NCBI GenBank assembly: GCA_951406725.2
Contig: OX597836.1
Location: forward strand, 14,632,001 to 14,696,000
Length of the DNA stretch: 64,000 nt
Direction of reading: 5' to 3'
From: Octopus vulgaris
Lineage: Eukaryota
Within the stretch, counting starts at the first letter, position 1. Each line of letters starts with the position of its first letter. Below are positions 39,899 to 55,162 of this stretch, piece after piece. Below the pieces are notes generated by a model. It saw only the letters and a program-made list of their open reading frames with translations. It did not search any database and was not told the origin of the DNA. The translations under genes were made by a program, and so were the position numbers.

Positions 39899-41292
39899 AT
39901 ATAGACACATATATAAAGTGTATGTGTGCATGTGTGTGTATATGGAAGTTTCTACGTATGTATGTACATGCTTACGTACATAAATATATATAAAGAGTTG
40001 TTGTTGTTGTTGCTGTTGCTGCTGCTGCTGCTGCCGTTAGGTTGACGCGCAAGATGAAAGCAAGGTCTAGTTTGGTAGAGAGCGCTGGTGAGAGATGAGG
40101 TAACAAGTGCAGAGAGAGAGAGAGAGTGGTTGAAGGGAGAAGGAAAAGGAGATGTAAAGAAATCGAAGGGTAAAGAATATATATTGAGAGAAGGGGAATG
40201 GGGGGGAAGAAGAGGGAGAGAGAGAGAAGAGGGCGATGTAAAAAAGAGAGGAGAGAGGAGAGAGACACAGAGTGAGTGAGAGGGGGAGAGAGACTAAAAG
40301 GCTGAAACCCTATGAGGTGAATATAAGAATGTGGAGAGGATAGAAGACAAGTATTATATGATAGAGGAGGAGAGAGATGGAGAGAGATGGAGAGGGGAAT
40401 GATAAAGTGTGGGAAGAGAGAGACAGAGGGGGGGAAGAAAGATGGGGGAGAGGATGACGAGAAATGAAACCAGAGAGTGAGAAATTGTATAACAGTGAGA
40501 CGATGAGAGGTAGAGTGTGCTAGAAAGAGAAAGGGATGAAAGGAGAGTGAAAGGAAGGAAGGAAGGAAGAAAGAAAGTAAGAAGGAAAGAAAGAAAGAAA
40601 GGAGGAAAGAAAAAAGTGAGACAGAAGGGGAGAGAGAGAGAAAGATTGATATATATATATATGGAAGAGAGAGAGAAAGATAGTGAGAGAGAGAAAGAGA
40701 GTGAGAGAGAGAAAGAGAGTGAGAGAGAGAGAAAGAGAGTGAGAGAGAGAGAAAGAGAGTGAGAGAGAGAGACGTAGTGAGACAAGTTCGTTGTAAAAGA
40801 AAGCGATGAAGGCAGAGGAGGAGAGAAGCAGACATAGAGAGACAGGAAGACAAACAGAGACTGGTTAAAGATGTAAATTTAAGGGGATAAATGATGCATA
40901 TGTGTGTGTATATGGAATATATGTGTTGCTGCTTGTGAACACACACACACACACACACACACACACATTCACTCACACACACACACACACACACATGCAT
41001 ACACATTGCGAATAGTTAAGTGCAGAACATGGCGGAAAAGTAGCCCCCCAGATACAAAAGATAAGAGATAGTGTTTTATTGTAACTGATAAAAACTGATG
41101 ATCGATTAAGTGAAACTCTGAGTAACATATTTTGAAGTTCTTCAGTTTCAATAAAACTACACGTGTGGTTGTGTGCATTTGTGTGTATTTGTGTGTGCGT
41201 GCATGTGTGTGTGTATGTATGTGTGTGTGTATGTGTGTGTATGTGAGTGCGTATCTTTGTATGTGTGTGTATACGTACATACTTATATATAT

Positions 41293-41779
41293 AGGTGCAG
41301 GAGTTGCTGTGTGGTAAGTAGCTTGCTTCCCAACCACATAGTTACAGGTTCAGTCCCACCGCGTGGCACCTTGGGCAAGAGTCTTCTACTATAGCTTCGG
41401 GCCGACTAAAGTTCTTTTTATACCTTCTATGGACTGCTCGAAACTTTATGACTCACTACACTTTAATCCTTGGAACTTAAAATTACATATTACACACACA
41501 CACACACAGTTTCCGTCTACCAAATCCACTCGAAGGCTTTGGTAGACGGAAACTGAAAGAAGCCCGTCGTATATATGCATTTATGTATATGTATGTGTGT
41601 GTCAGTAGAATCTTTAATGAACACACCACATGTGTGTGTGTATGTGTGTGTGTGTGTGTATGTGTGTGTGTGTATGTGTGTGTGTGTGTGTGTGTAGTGT
41701 GTAATTTTAAGTTCCAAGGATTAAAGTGTAGTGAGTCATAAAGTTTCGAGCTGTCCATAGAAGGTATAAAAAGAACTTT
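41293..41779 (+). mobile_element. SINE family A head disrupted by a local inverted duplication
   Basis: 41408-41505 is the reverse complement of ~41690-41779, and 41507-41542 is an inverted piece of the SINE itself. Confidence 0.8.
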
Positions 41780-42574
41780 CGGGAATAATAATAGTCTACG
41801 GGCGTAGAGGGTTGTAGGTTTTTCCCATATCGAAGTTCGATAAGATGAAAAAGTCTTTTTTTATAGATCACAGCTAGCCACTATAAAAATCCAAATTGAA
41901 AGAACCGAGCAGGTAAAATCCGGGCTACATATGTTTCCTAGCAAGCAGAATCTGGTATGTAATAATTACTCAAGGAGGGATACCCCACTAGCTATTCATC
42001 AGACCGAGGATACCTTAGTTAAGCAAAGGCTACATTGTCGTCAGGGAACCCAAAGTTTACTCGCAGGAGATGTGACTGGAAATGGGTGGTGAATCTGGAA
42101 AAACAGTGAAAAAGCAAAATAGAAAAACTAAGCATGAAGAAATAAAATATGGGAGTGGGCAGTTGTCTACAGTAGTTATGAATACAGAAAAGGAAAGGGA
42201 GAAGAGAGGGAGAATTTTAGTTACATTGAAGATGACTAGGGAAAGGTCGTTGAGAATGTAAGCTGGGTTCATTTACTATATATATATATATTATTAAATT
42301 TTATTGGATTATTTACTGTTAAGATACGTACATTTATATATTTATTGTTTAATTATAATATCATCATTTATTTTATGTTATTTTTGACCTGACGAGTGGC
42401 TATATTTTTTATATAAATTACACGTACATATATATACATACATACATGCATACATATGTATGTATATATATATATGTACGTGTAATTTGTTCTTTCTTAG
42501 TATAGGCTACGAGATAGTGACATGTGTAATATTCTTTTTATAATCTATTCCTGATTGATATATATGCTTGGTTA

Positions 42575-42940
42575 CGTCCGGCGAGCGGTTGAATTAGATG
42601 TGAATGAATACAAAATGCGGTATTTTGGGGTTTCTTGGAGGATGTCATATGATTTTGAGTTTACTTTAGCTGTGGCAGCTAGTGAATTTAGCCTTATAAG
42701 ATTCACGTCAACCGTCACCACGAGCTCGAATTTGTTAAATGTTGTAATAAATTCATTTAATTTCCCGCGGGCGAAACTATTTACACACAATCTTTGTTCA
42801 AAATCGCGAGCGAGTCCATCATCTCTGTAGAGACCTACGCTAATGCCGTGCAATGCTATCGAATCAGAGGCGTTATAATTACCAACAAACTTCTTATCTA
42901 TTTATCTAAGCTCGGTGCTAATCATATCATTAAGAATCGG
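42575..42940 (-). pseudogene. Highly decayed PLE-type RT fragment (GLYRDDGL type)
   Basis: GISVGLYRDDGLA ... LVVTVDVNLIRLNSLAATAKVNSKSY ... SN resembles the PLE pattern GLYRDDGL ... ITIE.NLK.VNFLDVTL.L....Y ... SNHP. Confidence 0.55.
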
Positions 42941-43403
42941 TCAAACATTACACTTTCTTTACCGCTGCATCTACGCGTCGTCACTCTATTACTATCAACA
43001 CCTTTCTACCGCCCTTTCTTTCCCTCCTATTTCTCTTTCATCGCTTCCTTCTCATATGAACTTACGTGCGTGCGTCTGTATATATATATATATGTATGTA
43101 TATCTTATTCCCTGTTTCTCTTCTCTCGCATAAACAACATCGTCCTATCATTAACATTAGCAACACCGCTGCTCTCCACCACCACCACCACCATCATCAC
43201 CACCAACACCACCACCACCACCACCACCACCACCACCACCACCACCACCACCACCATCACCACCACTCACACACACGCAACCACAAAAACAACAACAACA
43301 GCACCATACCGCCACCACTGCAATTACGTTCAAACACCACCATCCTCATCACCACCACCACCACCATCACCACCACCAAAATAATAATAATAATACTAAT
43401 ATA

Positions 43404-43468
<65 letters not shown>

Positions 43469-43545
43469 TAATAATAATAATGATAATAATGATAATAATA
43501 ATAATGATGATAATAATAATAATAATAATGATAATAATAATAATG

Positions 43546-43582
<37 letters not shown>

Positions 43583-44153
43583 TAATAATAATAATAATAA
43601 TAACAATCACCATCATCAGTATCATCATTACCAGCACCACCTGAATGTACGGAGATATAAAGAGAAAAGCAGTATTAATTAAGGCAGTGGCGTGGTGTGG
43701 TAATGGTGGCACAGAGAGAGAAAAAGAACGGGGGGGGGAGTGGAAAGGGTGGTCGAAGGTTCGAGCTTGGGTATAGGTTAGGGTTTTAGCGGGAGTGGAG
43801 GGGGGGGGCGGGAATATAAATGGAAGTAACGATACAAGCGACTTTCTAATAACATTGAGTTTAATTTGACTTCAGCACATCGCCTCCATTCCCACTACCA
43901 ACGTACACAAACAACACATACATACACACATATATACACACACATGCATACATTCATACATACATACACACATACATATATGCATATATACACATACATA
44001 ATACATGCCTACATTTATACATGCATATATATATGTATATATATATATATACACTCATACATACACACATACAGTATCCATACATATATATACATACGTG
44101 CGTATATACATACACACGTATGCGTGTGTGTGTAAATGATCACAACTCATTGT

Positions 44154-44189
<36 letters not shown>

Positions 44190-44666
44190 AACACATGTAT
44201 ATATATGCATATATATATGTGTGTATATACGTATGTATGTATGTGTGTATGTATGCATATACGCACACATATACAAATACATATCTACACACGCACACAT
44301 ACATATACTATATGTATGTGTGTAGATGAATGCATACGTAAAAACGCACGTGTGCTTTATATGAGAATGTACGTGGGGACACTCACACACAGGTCGCATA
44401 ACCGTTCCACCCAGCCACCATATCCACCACCACCACCATCATTACCACCACCTCCATCGCCATCATTAGCCAGCGACCAAAGAAAGAACGACTACCGATC
44501 GGCTAATGTTTACACGTAAGGGACTGCTCATAGAGGCACGCAATTACACATACACAACAACACACAAGCAACCACATACTGACACGCGAATATAGTTATA
44601 CATATACACACTTCTTTTTCACGCATCACTCACTCTTGTTTTCCCCGCATCTCTCTCGCTCTCTCG

Positions 44667-44702
<36 letters not shown>

Positions 44703-44929
44703 CTTTTTCTCTCTCACACACACACATCTTTACACACACAGGTATATGTATATGAGTGTGTGTATTACGTATATGCGTGTGTGTATACATATATATATAT
44801 ATATATGCATGTATGTATGTATGTATGTATGTATGTATGTATGTATGCATATATGCATATATGTATACATATGTATATATACACATGTATACATACATAT
44901 ATAACTACGTATATAAATGTATATGTATA

Positions 44930-44976
<47 letters not shown>

Positions 44977-45843
44977 GTGTATATATACATGCATATATAC
45001 ATAGGCACGTATTTATACATATACGTAATACCCATATAATTATATAGGCACATACATCCATACATTCATACAGTCGTTCATACATGCATACATACATACA
45101 TACATACATACATACATACATACATACATACAACACATACACAGAATACACAAAAGCAGAAATACACACACATATACGCAATTTCACTCTTACACTAATT
45201 TCTGTCTTCCTCTTTCTCTCCCCCTCTCTCTCTCCTTCTCTCTCTCTCTCTCTCTTTCAATCTCTTTAACTCACATTTTGTCTCCCCCCCCCTCATTCTC
45301 CCTTCGCTGTCTTTTAGCCAAGGAGTCACACGCCGTAGCCATGACGAGAGTGCTCAGCCGTGTCAACAAGCCTTCATCATGGCTGTCGATATAGTGTCTG
45401 TTGTCACCGCCATCACCGCCACAACCACCGTCGTCGTCGTCGTTGTGAACGTGACCACCACCACCACCACCACCATCACCATCATCATCATACCCACAAC
45501 AATAACCATCATCATCATCATCATCGTCTTCGTCTTCGTCGTCGTCGTCGTCATCATGGTCGCGCTAGAGAGAAAGGCCAAGGCAAGGCACAATTCGCAC
45601 GATATTGTCTTAAGAATTGCAAGGACAAATTGGAAAAATGACTTGATGGTCATATCCGGAATGCCTTTTTATACAGCAGATCAGTCCCGATCACTACCAT
45701 CACCATCACCATCACCATCACCATCAACATCATCGTCAACGTCATCAATGCCATCATCATTATCCTCCTCATCATCATCATCACCTTCATCATCCTCATC
45801 ATCATCATCATCGTCCTCTTCCGCCTCCTCCTCCTCCTCCTCC

Positions 45844-45919
<76 letters not shown>

Positions 45920-45942
45920 CATCATCCTCCTCCTCCTCCTCC

Positions 45943-45986
<44 letters not shown>

Positions 45987-46205
45987 GTCATCATCATCAT
46001 CATCATCGTCGTCATAATCATCATAATCATCGTCATCATCGTCGTCGTCGTCGTCGTCGTCGTCGTCATCACCAATTTCTTCCATTCAACCTTTTCCTTC
46101 CCATTCTTTTGCTTCATTTATTCTTCGTCACCTTTATTAAGTATTTGTCACACACATTAACACACACACGCACACACACACACACATATATATATATACA
46201 TATAC

Positions 46206-46237
<32 letters not shown>

Positions 46238-46238
46238 A

Positions 46239-46386
<148 letters not shown>

Positions 46387-46682
46387 TATTCAGATACATA
46401 TATATCATACTTGCACAGAGAAACATACATACATACATACATATATGTGTGTGTATGTATATGTGTGTGTGTGAAAGAAAGAGAAAGGAAGTGAGAGAGA
46501 CAGAGAGAGAGAGAGAGAGGAACAGTCTATGTGTGGCGGAGTATATACAACACATACACGAAGACGAATAAAAGCCTTTCTTTCTTCGACCTTTCCTTCT
46601 TTGTTTGCCTTTTTCTCATTAGGTTTCTTTATTAACTGTTCCTACTCCCCCTCTCTCCCTCTTCCTCTCACTTTGTCCCCTA

Positions 46683-46729
<47 letters not shown>

Positions 46730-47015
46730 ATACATATATGTGTATATACTGTGTATATACATTGGCACATGAAAGTAATAAGGATCGTTGGTCAGTTTCG
46801 ACAATAAGTAATTTATTCCTGTGTTTCATTCAACCGAACTACCAATTCCATTATTCCATTATAACATTATTCCATTATTCCGATAAATATATATTGTAAA
46901 TGGCCGGGGTATTCCAGCGGAATACAGGAATACATAGCGAAATACTCATCCACACTTGGTATGACACGGCATGAGACAAAGATATATGCGTGTGTGTATA
47001 CAAACACACACATAC

Positions 47016-47057
<42 letters not shown>

Positions 47058-47087
47058 ATATATGTATACATATATATCTATACATAT

Positions 47088-47154
<67 letters not shown>

Positions 47155-47159
47155 CCTTT

Positions 47160-47542
47160 TCTCTTTTACTTGTTTCAGTCATTTGACTGCGGCCATAGTC
47201 GAGCAAATCGACCCAAGGATATTCTATAGCATAGTACTTATTGTATCGGTCTTTTTTGCCGAACCACTATTACGGGGACGTAAACACACCAGCATCGGTT
47301 GTCAAGCAATGCTAGGGGGACAAACACAGACACACAAACATACACGCACACATATATATATATATATATATACATATATACGACGGGCTTCTTTCATTTT
47401 CCGTCTACCAAATCCACCCACAAGGCTTTGGTCGGCCCGAGGCTATAGTAGAAGACACTTGTCCAAGGTGCCACGCAGTGGGACTGAACCCGGAACCATG
47501 TGGTTGGGAAGCAAGCTACTTACCACACAGCCACTCCTGCGC

Positions 47543-47544
<2 letters not shown>
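47160..47544 (-). mobile_element. SINE family A, full length
   Basis: Head and tail match family A. Confidence 0.9.
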
Positions 47545-47603
<59 letters not shown>

Positions 47604-48083
47604 TACATATATATGTGTGAGTGAGTGTGTGTCTATATATATATATATGTTCATATATATGTATATATAAGTATATTTATATATATTGTACGTGTGTGTG
47701 TATGTATTTATATAAGTATAAATAGAAAAGAGAGAGTGGGGAGGCAAGGAGAGGTAGAGTGATGAGGGCATTAGATGGATTGCTCTGGAGTAATTGTTCT
47801 GTCTCTGGCTCTCTAAACTCTAGGTTCAAATCTCGGCGAAAATAACTTTGTTCTACATTTTTTTGGGGGTCGATAAATGATGTACTAGTGCAGGTTCGGA
47901 TGTCGATTTCCCCCTCTCTGCTCTATTTCTCTCTGTTTTTCTCCTCTTTCTTTTTCATTCCCCCTTTCTCTCTTTCTCTTTCATTCTTTCTCTTTATTGT
48001 TCTGGAAGAATTTGGTTGCGTTCGGAAGCGAGATATGCTCCCTCAGGACTGAAAATTCAGAAGACACTTTATATGTCACAGGG

Positions 48084-48465
48084 AAGCACTCTGTCGGTTA
48101 CGACGACGAGGGTTCCGGTTGATTCGACCAACGGAACAGCCTGCTCGTGAAATTAACGTGTAAGTGGCTGAGCACTCCACAGACACGTGTACCCTTAACC
48201 GTAGTTCTCGGGGATATTCAGCGTGACACAGAGAGTGACAAGGCCGGCCCTTTGAAATACAGGTACAATAGAAACAGGAAGTAAGAGTGAGAGAAAGTTG
48301 TGGTGAAAGAGTACAGCAGGGATCACCACCATCCCCTGCCGGAGCCTCGTGGAGCTTTAGGTGTTTTCGCTCAATAAACACTCACAACGCCCGGTCTGGG
48401 AATCGAAACCGCGATCCTACGACCGCGAGTCCGCTACCCTAACCACTGGGCCATTGCCCCTCCAC
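48084..48465 (-). mobile_element. tRNA-derived SINE, head C + tail 2, with 13-bp TSD
   Basis: TSD ATATGTCACAGGG at 48071-48083 and 48466-48478. A box TGGCCCAGTGG, B box GTTTCGATTCC. Confidence 0.92.
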
Positions 48466-49032
48466 ATATGTCACAGGGGACTCTATAGAATCATCGAAGA
48501 CTTATGACAGAGTATGTCTTTGCATGGTATATAATACGTACTCTATATCTTTTCCGGAAACGAAATTTATTTCCGGTAGCAAATCGGTTCATTGTTCGAT
48601 GCACAGGCCTGATACCTTTATCATCGAGTGCAAAAAGAGTCTTCGGAGAATTTTACTAGTTATGTACAGTATGGTGATAAAATGGGGTATTACAGACACG
48701 GCTATGCATTCTACTATAGGCACAAGGTCTGAAATTTGGTGGAGGGGAGGAGCATAGTCGATCACATCGACCCCCAGTACTTACTGGTACTTAATTTATC
48801 AACCCCGAAAAGATGAAAGGCAAAATCGATTTCTGACACGGCTAATATGACATCGGAAAAAATTTACATGGACAATTTGTCTTTATGCTCTAGTTTTTAT
48901 TTTTTTTTTTTTTACTAGATATATATATAGATAAATATCCAGACAGATAGACAGACAGGCAGGCAGGCAGGCTGGCAGGCTGGCAGGCTGGCAGGTAGGT
49001 AGGTAGGTAGACTGGTAGGTAGGTAGACAAGT

Positions 49033-49265
49033 AAGGCGGCGAGCTGGCCAAAACGTTAGCACGTCGGGCAAAATACTTAGCAGTATTTCGTCTGCCGTTA
49101 CGTTCTGAGTTCAAATTCCGCCGAGGTCGACTTTGCCTTTCATCCTTTCGGGGTCGATTAAATAAGTACCAGTTACGCACTGGGGTCGATGTAATCGGCT
49201 TAATCCGTTTGTCTGTTCTTGTTTGTCCCTTGTGTATTTAGCCCCTTGTGGGTAGTAAAGAAACA
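49033..49265 (+). mobile_element. SINE family B, full length
   Basis: Matches the 23327 copy. Flanked by GGTAGGTAGGTAGACA on both sides. Confidence 0.9.
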
Positions 49266-50222
49266 GGTAGGTAGGTAGACAGACAGACAGCTAGACGTAC
49301 TTCTAGACAGTTCCAGTCTGCCAAATTCACTCATACGGCTTTGGTCGGTCTGGGGGCTATAGAAGAAGGCTCTTACCCAAGGTGCCGAGCAGCAGGTGGA
49401 ATAGAACCCCAAACCACGAGCATGCAAAGCAAACTTCTTAACCCCCACAGCCATGTCTGCAGATATTTAGCGAAAGAAGATCTGATTCCCAAAATCAGGA
49501 TTCAAATTAGAATTCAAAAATTAATTACATGAGTCGTACTTTTAATTACAGAAATACGCCATAATTAAAGAGAAGTCAAGCGAACGGCCATTGCCGTCTT
49601 CATGGACATGTTACGGGTTATTGAGGCCCATGGGCTTGTGGATCTCCCATGGCAGCAGCGGGGATCAGGTTTCGGGCGGGAATGAAGTAGTGCGGAGTTC
49701 GATTTTTTTCCTATTTCGTTTGCGTTAATGGGTCAAGCTCCACTCCCTTTTATTCGATAATGGATACAAGGGCCCATCATTATGTGCAAAAAAAAAAAAA
49801 TGGGTCTGGAAACGGACTGCTAACAGGGCCGAAAGCAAGCAAGAAGCAACAAATGGAGAAGACGAAGAAGAAGACGAAGAAGAAGAAGAAGAAGAAGAAG
49901 AAGAAGAAGAAGAAGAAGAAGAAGAAGAAGAGGAAAAATAGTAAGAATAAGAGGGGAGGAGAGGAGAGGAGGAGGAAGAGGAAGGAGAAGAAGAAGAAGA
50001 AGAAGAAGAAGAAGAAGATGAGGGGAGGAGAGAAGGAAGAAGAAGAAGAAGAAGAAGAAGAAGAAGATGAGGGGAGGAGAGGAGGAGGAGGAAGAAGAAG
50101 AAGAAGAAGAAGAAGAAGAAGAAGAAGAAGGAGATGAGGGGAGGAGAGGAGGAAGAAGAAGAAAAAGAAGAAGGAGAAGAAGAAGAAGAAGAAGAAGAAT
50201 ATGGTGCCGCTGCTGCTGCTAC

Positions 50223-50272
<50 letters not shown>

Positions 50273-50834
50273 GGGATGATGATGATGATGGGGATGATGG
50301 TGGTGGTGGTGGTGGTGGTGGTGATAATGACAGAAGCAGAGGACGAGGAAGTAAAGAGGAAGAGGAAAACAAAGGAGGAGGAGGAGAGGAAGTAGGAGGA
50401 GAATAGCTCAAATGAAAAAACAAAAAACCAAAAAGAATTCCGATGATCTCCAATGAAGGGTAAATATAGAAACAAAATAGAAATTCAAGTTGAAGAAAGA
50501 ATAAGAAAACAAAATAAGAATACAATGTATAGATAAATATATATATATATATATATAAAAAATATACCAAGTAAGAAAAAAAATTAAGCAAAGAATCACC
50601 CAAAAATATGTAAAAAAATAAATATAAAAGTTAAATGAAATAAAACAAAAGCATGCAATTATAAAATCAGCTTAAGACAAAAAAACAAAAAACAAAAATG
50701 AAATTAATAAAAAAACAATAATAGTAACATCTACTTCAATAAAGAAAGGAGAGAGACTAGGATACACACACACACACACATATATATATATGTATGTATG
50801 TATGTATTTATGTATTCATGTATGTATATATTGT

Positions 50835-50873
<39 letters not shown>

Positions 50874-50888
50874 ATGTATGTATTGTGT

Positions 50889-50924
<36 letters not shown>

Positions 50925-50942
50925 ATATATATATATATATAT

Positions 50943-50981
<39 letters not shown>

Positions 50982-50987
50982 TGTATC

Positions 50988-51021
<34 letters not shown>

Positions 51022-51134
51022 CACATATTTTAAATATATATACGTATATGCATATATCTATATTTCTATATATAATATGTGTGTGTATAAGCAGGCTCCC
51101 ACACACATGCACTTATATATTTATTCATGTATAT

Positions 51135-51211
<77 letters not shown>

Positions 51212-51225
51212 CATACATATATATA

Positions 51226-51277
<52 letters not shown>

Positions 51278-51968
51278 CACACATATATGTGTATATTTAT
51301 GTGTATACATGTCTGTGTTGTATGCATGTAAGAATATGTATGTACACATACATACATACATACATACATACATACACACAGGCATACGTACATACATATA
51401 TAAATGCATGCATACACGCAGACTCAAAAACACCACAGACACACATAGATACTTATAAGGTTCTTTTTTTTTATCGTTTACATAAGAGAATTGTAACGTG
51501 TTGTTGTGGTAAAAAAAAAAAAAAGGAAAGAAATAAAATGATCAAATAAAAATAAAAATAAAACAAAATAAAAAAAAGCACGAAACACGAAATATATTTC
51601 CAGTGTCCAAATATAGAGATATGTTGATATGTTTGGTGAGACAGGAGGAGAAAGCTGACTGGTTGTCATAATAACCGGAACCGGAAGTAAACGGAGGAAA
51701 ACGGTGATATCGCCAAGTAGCATGTGTACAAGCCATGTAATGTTTACGTACGAATTTGTCGTAACTCCATCTTGTTTAGCGTTTACTGTTATTGTTCTTG
51801 CTGCTGTTGTTGTTGGTGGTGGTTGTGGTAGTGGTGTTTTTTAACCCCAGGTCAGCTGTGATCGGGCTTACCTATACTCAAAGTTGTTCCACCGCTATCC
51901 GATCATGTTGTTTTTATTTATTTATTTGATTTGCATTTGTTTTTTGTTTTTATATCATGGACTACACT

Positions 51969-52564
51969 TATTTCTTTATTGCCCACAAGGGGCTAAACAT
52001 AGAGGGGACAAACAAGGACAGACAAAGGGATTAAGCCGATTATATCGACCCCAGTGCGCAACTGGTACTTAATTTATCGACCCCGAGAGGATGAAAGGCA
52101 AAGTCGACTTTAGCGGAATTTGAACTCAGAACGTAACGGGAGACGAAATACCTATTTCTTTACTACCTACAAGTGGCAAAATACAAAGAGGACAAACAAG
52201 GACAGACAAAATTATTAAGTCGATTACATTGACCCCAGTGCGCAACTGGTACTTAGTTTATCGACCCCGAAAGGATGAAAAGCAAAGTCGACCACGGTGG
52301 AATTTGAACTCAGAACGTAACGGGAGACGAAATACCTATTTCTTTACTACCCACAAGGGGCTAAACAGAGAGGGGACAAACAAAGACAAAGGGATTAAAT
52401 CGATTATATCGACCCCACTGCGTAACTGGTACTTAATTTATCGAACCCGAAAGGATGAAAGGTAAAGTGGACCGCAGCGGAATTTGAACTCAGAACGTAA
52501 CAGCAGACGAAATACTGCTAAGCATTTCGCCTGGCGTGCTAACGATTCTGCCAGCTCGCTGCCT
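51969..52564 (-). mobile_element. Trimeric SINE family B (one head + three body units) with 18-bp TSD
   Basis: TSD TATATCATGGACTACACT at 51951-51968 and 52565-52582. Junctions GACGAAATACCTATTTCTTTAC near 52151 and 52335. Confidence 0.92.
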
Positions 52565-52703
52565 TATATCATGGACTACACTGTTTATTGGGTCTCCGCT
52601 GGTTTCGACGATGACCATTCACTTATCATTTATATCTTATCTCCTGCTTCTTTTACTCGGTGGACTGCTGCCATGTTATGGCAGTGCCTTGAATTGCTTA
52701 GTC

Positions 52704-52800
52704 CAGTGGTTCTCCAACTAGAGTCTACACGACCCTTGGGGCGTCCATATAAGACTTTTGAGGGTCCACGCACGCAAAATAGCAAATCGGGGACCCTCTG
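52704..52800 (+). mobile_element. Possible hAT (Charlie-type) terminal fragment
   Basis: Starts CAGTGGTTCTCCAAC, resembling CAGTGGTTCTCAAC termini. No matching other end was found. Confidence 0.35.
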
Positions 52801-52857
52801 TTGCATATTAAGAGACCATGAAAAATATGTTACTTTAGATGTATTTATTCCAAGAAA

Positions 52858-53079
52858 CTCTTTTACTTGTTTCAGTCATTTGACTGCGACCATGCTGGAG
52901 CACCGCCTTTCGTCGAATCAAATCGACCCCAGGACTTATGCTTTGTAAGCCTAGTACTTATTCTATTGGTCTCTTTTTCCGAACCGCTAAGTTTCGGGAA
53001 CGTAAACACACCAGCATCGGTTGTCAAGCGATGTTTGGGGGGACAGACACAGACACACAACCATATACACACATATACA

Positions 53080-53141
<62 letters not shown>

Positions 53142-53311
53142 TATACGACGTGCTTCTTTCAGTTTCCGTCTACCAAATCCACTCACAAGGCTTTAGTCGG
53201 CCCGAGGCTATAGTAGAAGACACACTCGCCCAAGGTGCCACGCAGTAGGACTGAACCCGGAACCATGTGGTTGGTAAGCAAGCTACTTACCACACAGCCA
53301 CTCCTACGCCT
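52858..53311 (-). mobile_element. SINE family A, full length
   Basis: Head, internal (TA)n and tail all present. Confidence 0.9.
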
Positions 53312-53719
53312 ATGAAAACCCTTTTTTTTAAATACATTTTTTTCATAGTATTTTACTCGAATCCTGTCAAAACATTCTCAATGATTATTTGACTTTCATG
53401 TTCACCTTGTTTTCTAAAGAGTTTATTAATTAAAATTGGACAAAATGACGTCGGACGAAAAAACGTAGACGAAGTCACATCAGACCAAAAGTCGGATCAC
53501 GGTACAAAATCACGCGACGAGCTTTCTGACAGTTTTCGTCCACAAATTCACTCGTAAGGTATTAGTTGGTCCGAGACTATACAAGAAGACACTTGCTCAA
53601 GGTTTCACTCAGTGGGTGGGACTGAACCTGTATGCACGTGGTTGTAAAGTGAGCTTCTTAACCATACGGCCATGCCAGTAGCTATAGATTTAAAACATGG
53701 GAGATGTAAAATATATTAA

Positions 53720-54100
53720 TCTCTCTATAATGCTGAAGCTGTCTATGTGTGGTAGGTTTGGTAGCCTTCAACTAACACTATCTCCTCCGAGACCCTGCGG
53801 TGCAAGTTGACTAAAATTGAGAGTATGATAGAAGAAGGCTTGCTCTTCCTTAGAAGATAAAATTCAAATAGGACCATGTTAACACCAAAAATTATTTACA
53901 TCAAAAAGGTGCTTTTTTTTCTATGAAAATCCCTATTTTTTACGATTTTTTGACTCCTGTGTCGCCATTTTTCGGTGTATTTCAACCAGAAAAACACTTA
54001 AAGAGAATAACAAGCTACATAATGCAAAATTTTTACTTTTCAAAAATTCCAATTCTAAAGGGTCGAAACAAACCCGAGCAACGCCGGGCGATACTGCTAG
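53720..54100 (+). mobile_element. Non-autonomous Helitron
   Basis: A|TC 5' end (TCTCTCTATAAT), subterminal GC hairpin CCCGAGCAACGCCGGG, 3' CTAG|T, and no TSD. Confidence 0.78.
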
Positions 54101-54430
54101 TATATTAATAAAAATGTAAAACTAGAACATATTTAGGTTTTTCTATACAAAATGTCTAAAAGAAAAGATGCTTCCTACACATAAAAATATAAAGTTGCCT
54201 CATAAAAAAAAAAACAGCAGAAAAAAGTGAAAAAATGGATAAGAGAATTCCGGAAGGAATTGGTCGAAGAAAAAATGTATTTAGAGAGTAAGTCAAGATG
54301 AAGAAAGCAAAAGCGGATATTCTAGAGTAGAAAGATTTCGATAAATGATAAGAAACATTTCTTTTACAATATATACAGCTACCTCTTAAAAAAGATACAG
54401 ACGTCTCTGTTACAACGATAAACAACTCAG

Positions 54431-54497
<67 letters not shown>

Positions 54498-54501
54498 TGT
54501 G

Positions 54502-54542
<41 letters not shown>

Positions 54543-54569
54543 TGTATGGATATAAATGTATGTGTGATA

Positions 54570-54702
54570 AGAAACTTGCTTCTTCAATCAAACAAGTGGT
54601 AACGGGTTCAGTCCTACTCCGTGGCACCTTGGACAAGTGTCTTCTACTATAACCTCGGGCTTTGTGAGTGGATTTGGTAGACGGAAACTGAAAAAGCCCG
54701 TC

Positions 54703-54750
<48 letters not shown>

Positions 54751-54875
54751 GTGTTTGTGTTTATGTTTTTCCTCCCCCACCACCATAGCTTGACAACCGA
54801 TGTTAGTGTATTCACGTCCCCGTTACTTAGCGGTTCTTCAAAAGAAACCGATAGAATAAGTACTGGCTTACAAAG
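54570..54875 (+). mobile_element. SINE family A, diverged and 3'-truncated
   Basis: Head and part of tail match family A. Confidence 0.75.
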
Positions 54876-55162
54876 ACTAACACGCACTAACACGCATATG
54901 ACTGTATTTTATATATATATTTGTGTGTATATAAATATATACAATATTAACTAACAAAAATGTACTGTTATAGTCCTTAGAGACAATGCCTCTAACTCCT
55001 GAGCGATTATAATTGTTTTAGGTGCCTCTATATTCACGAGCCAGCATAAACACATGGCTTTCGTTCTGCCCATCTTCTGACCCAACGAAATATTGAGGAC
55101 GTGACCGTCGAAGGAAAGAGAAAGGGTTGCGTCAGCACTTGGTCGGTACTTATTTTCAGTTT

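Noticed and set aside
45379-46017. 212-aa ORF with a short non-repetitive middle (ALERKAKARHNSHDIVLRIARTNWKND)
   Set aside because: It stays open mainly because of flanking trinucleotide repeats, and no homology was recognised.
51969-52564. Regularly spaced repeats superficially like a CRISPR array (also 24385-24945)
   Set aside because: The units are wholly repeated without unique spacers, the context is eukaryotic, and there are no cas genes.
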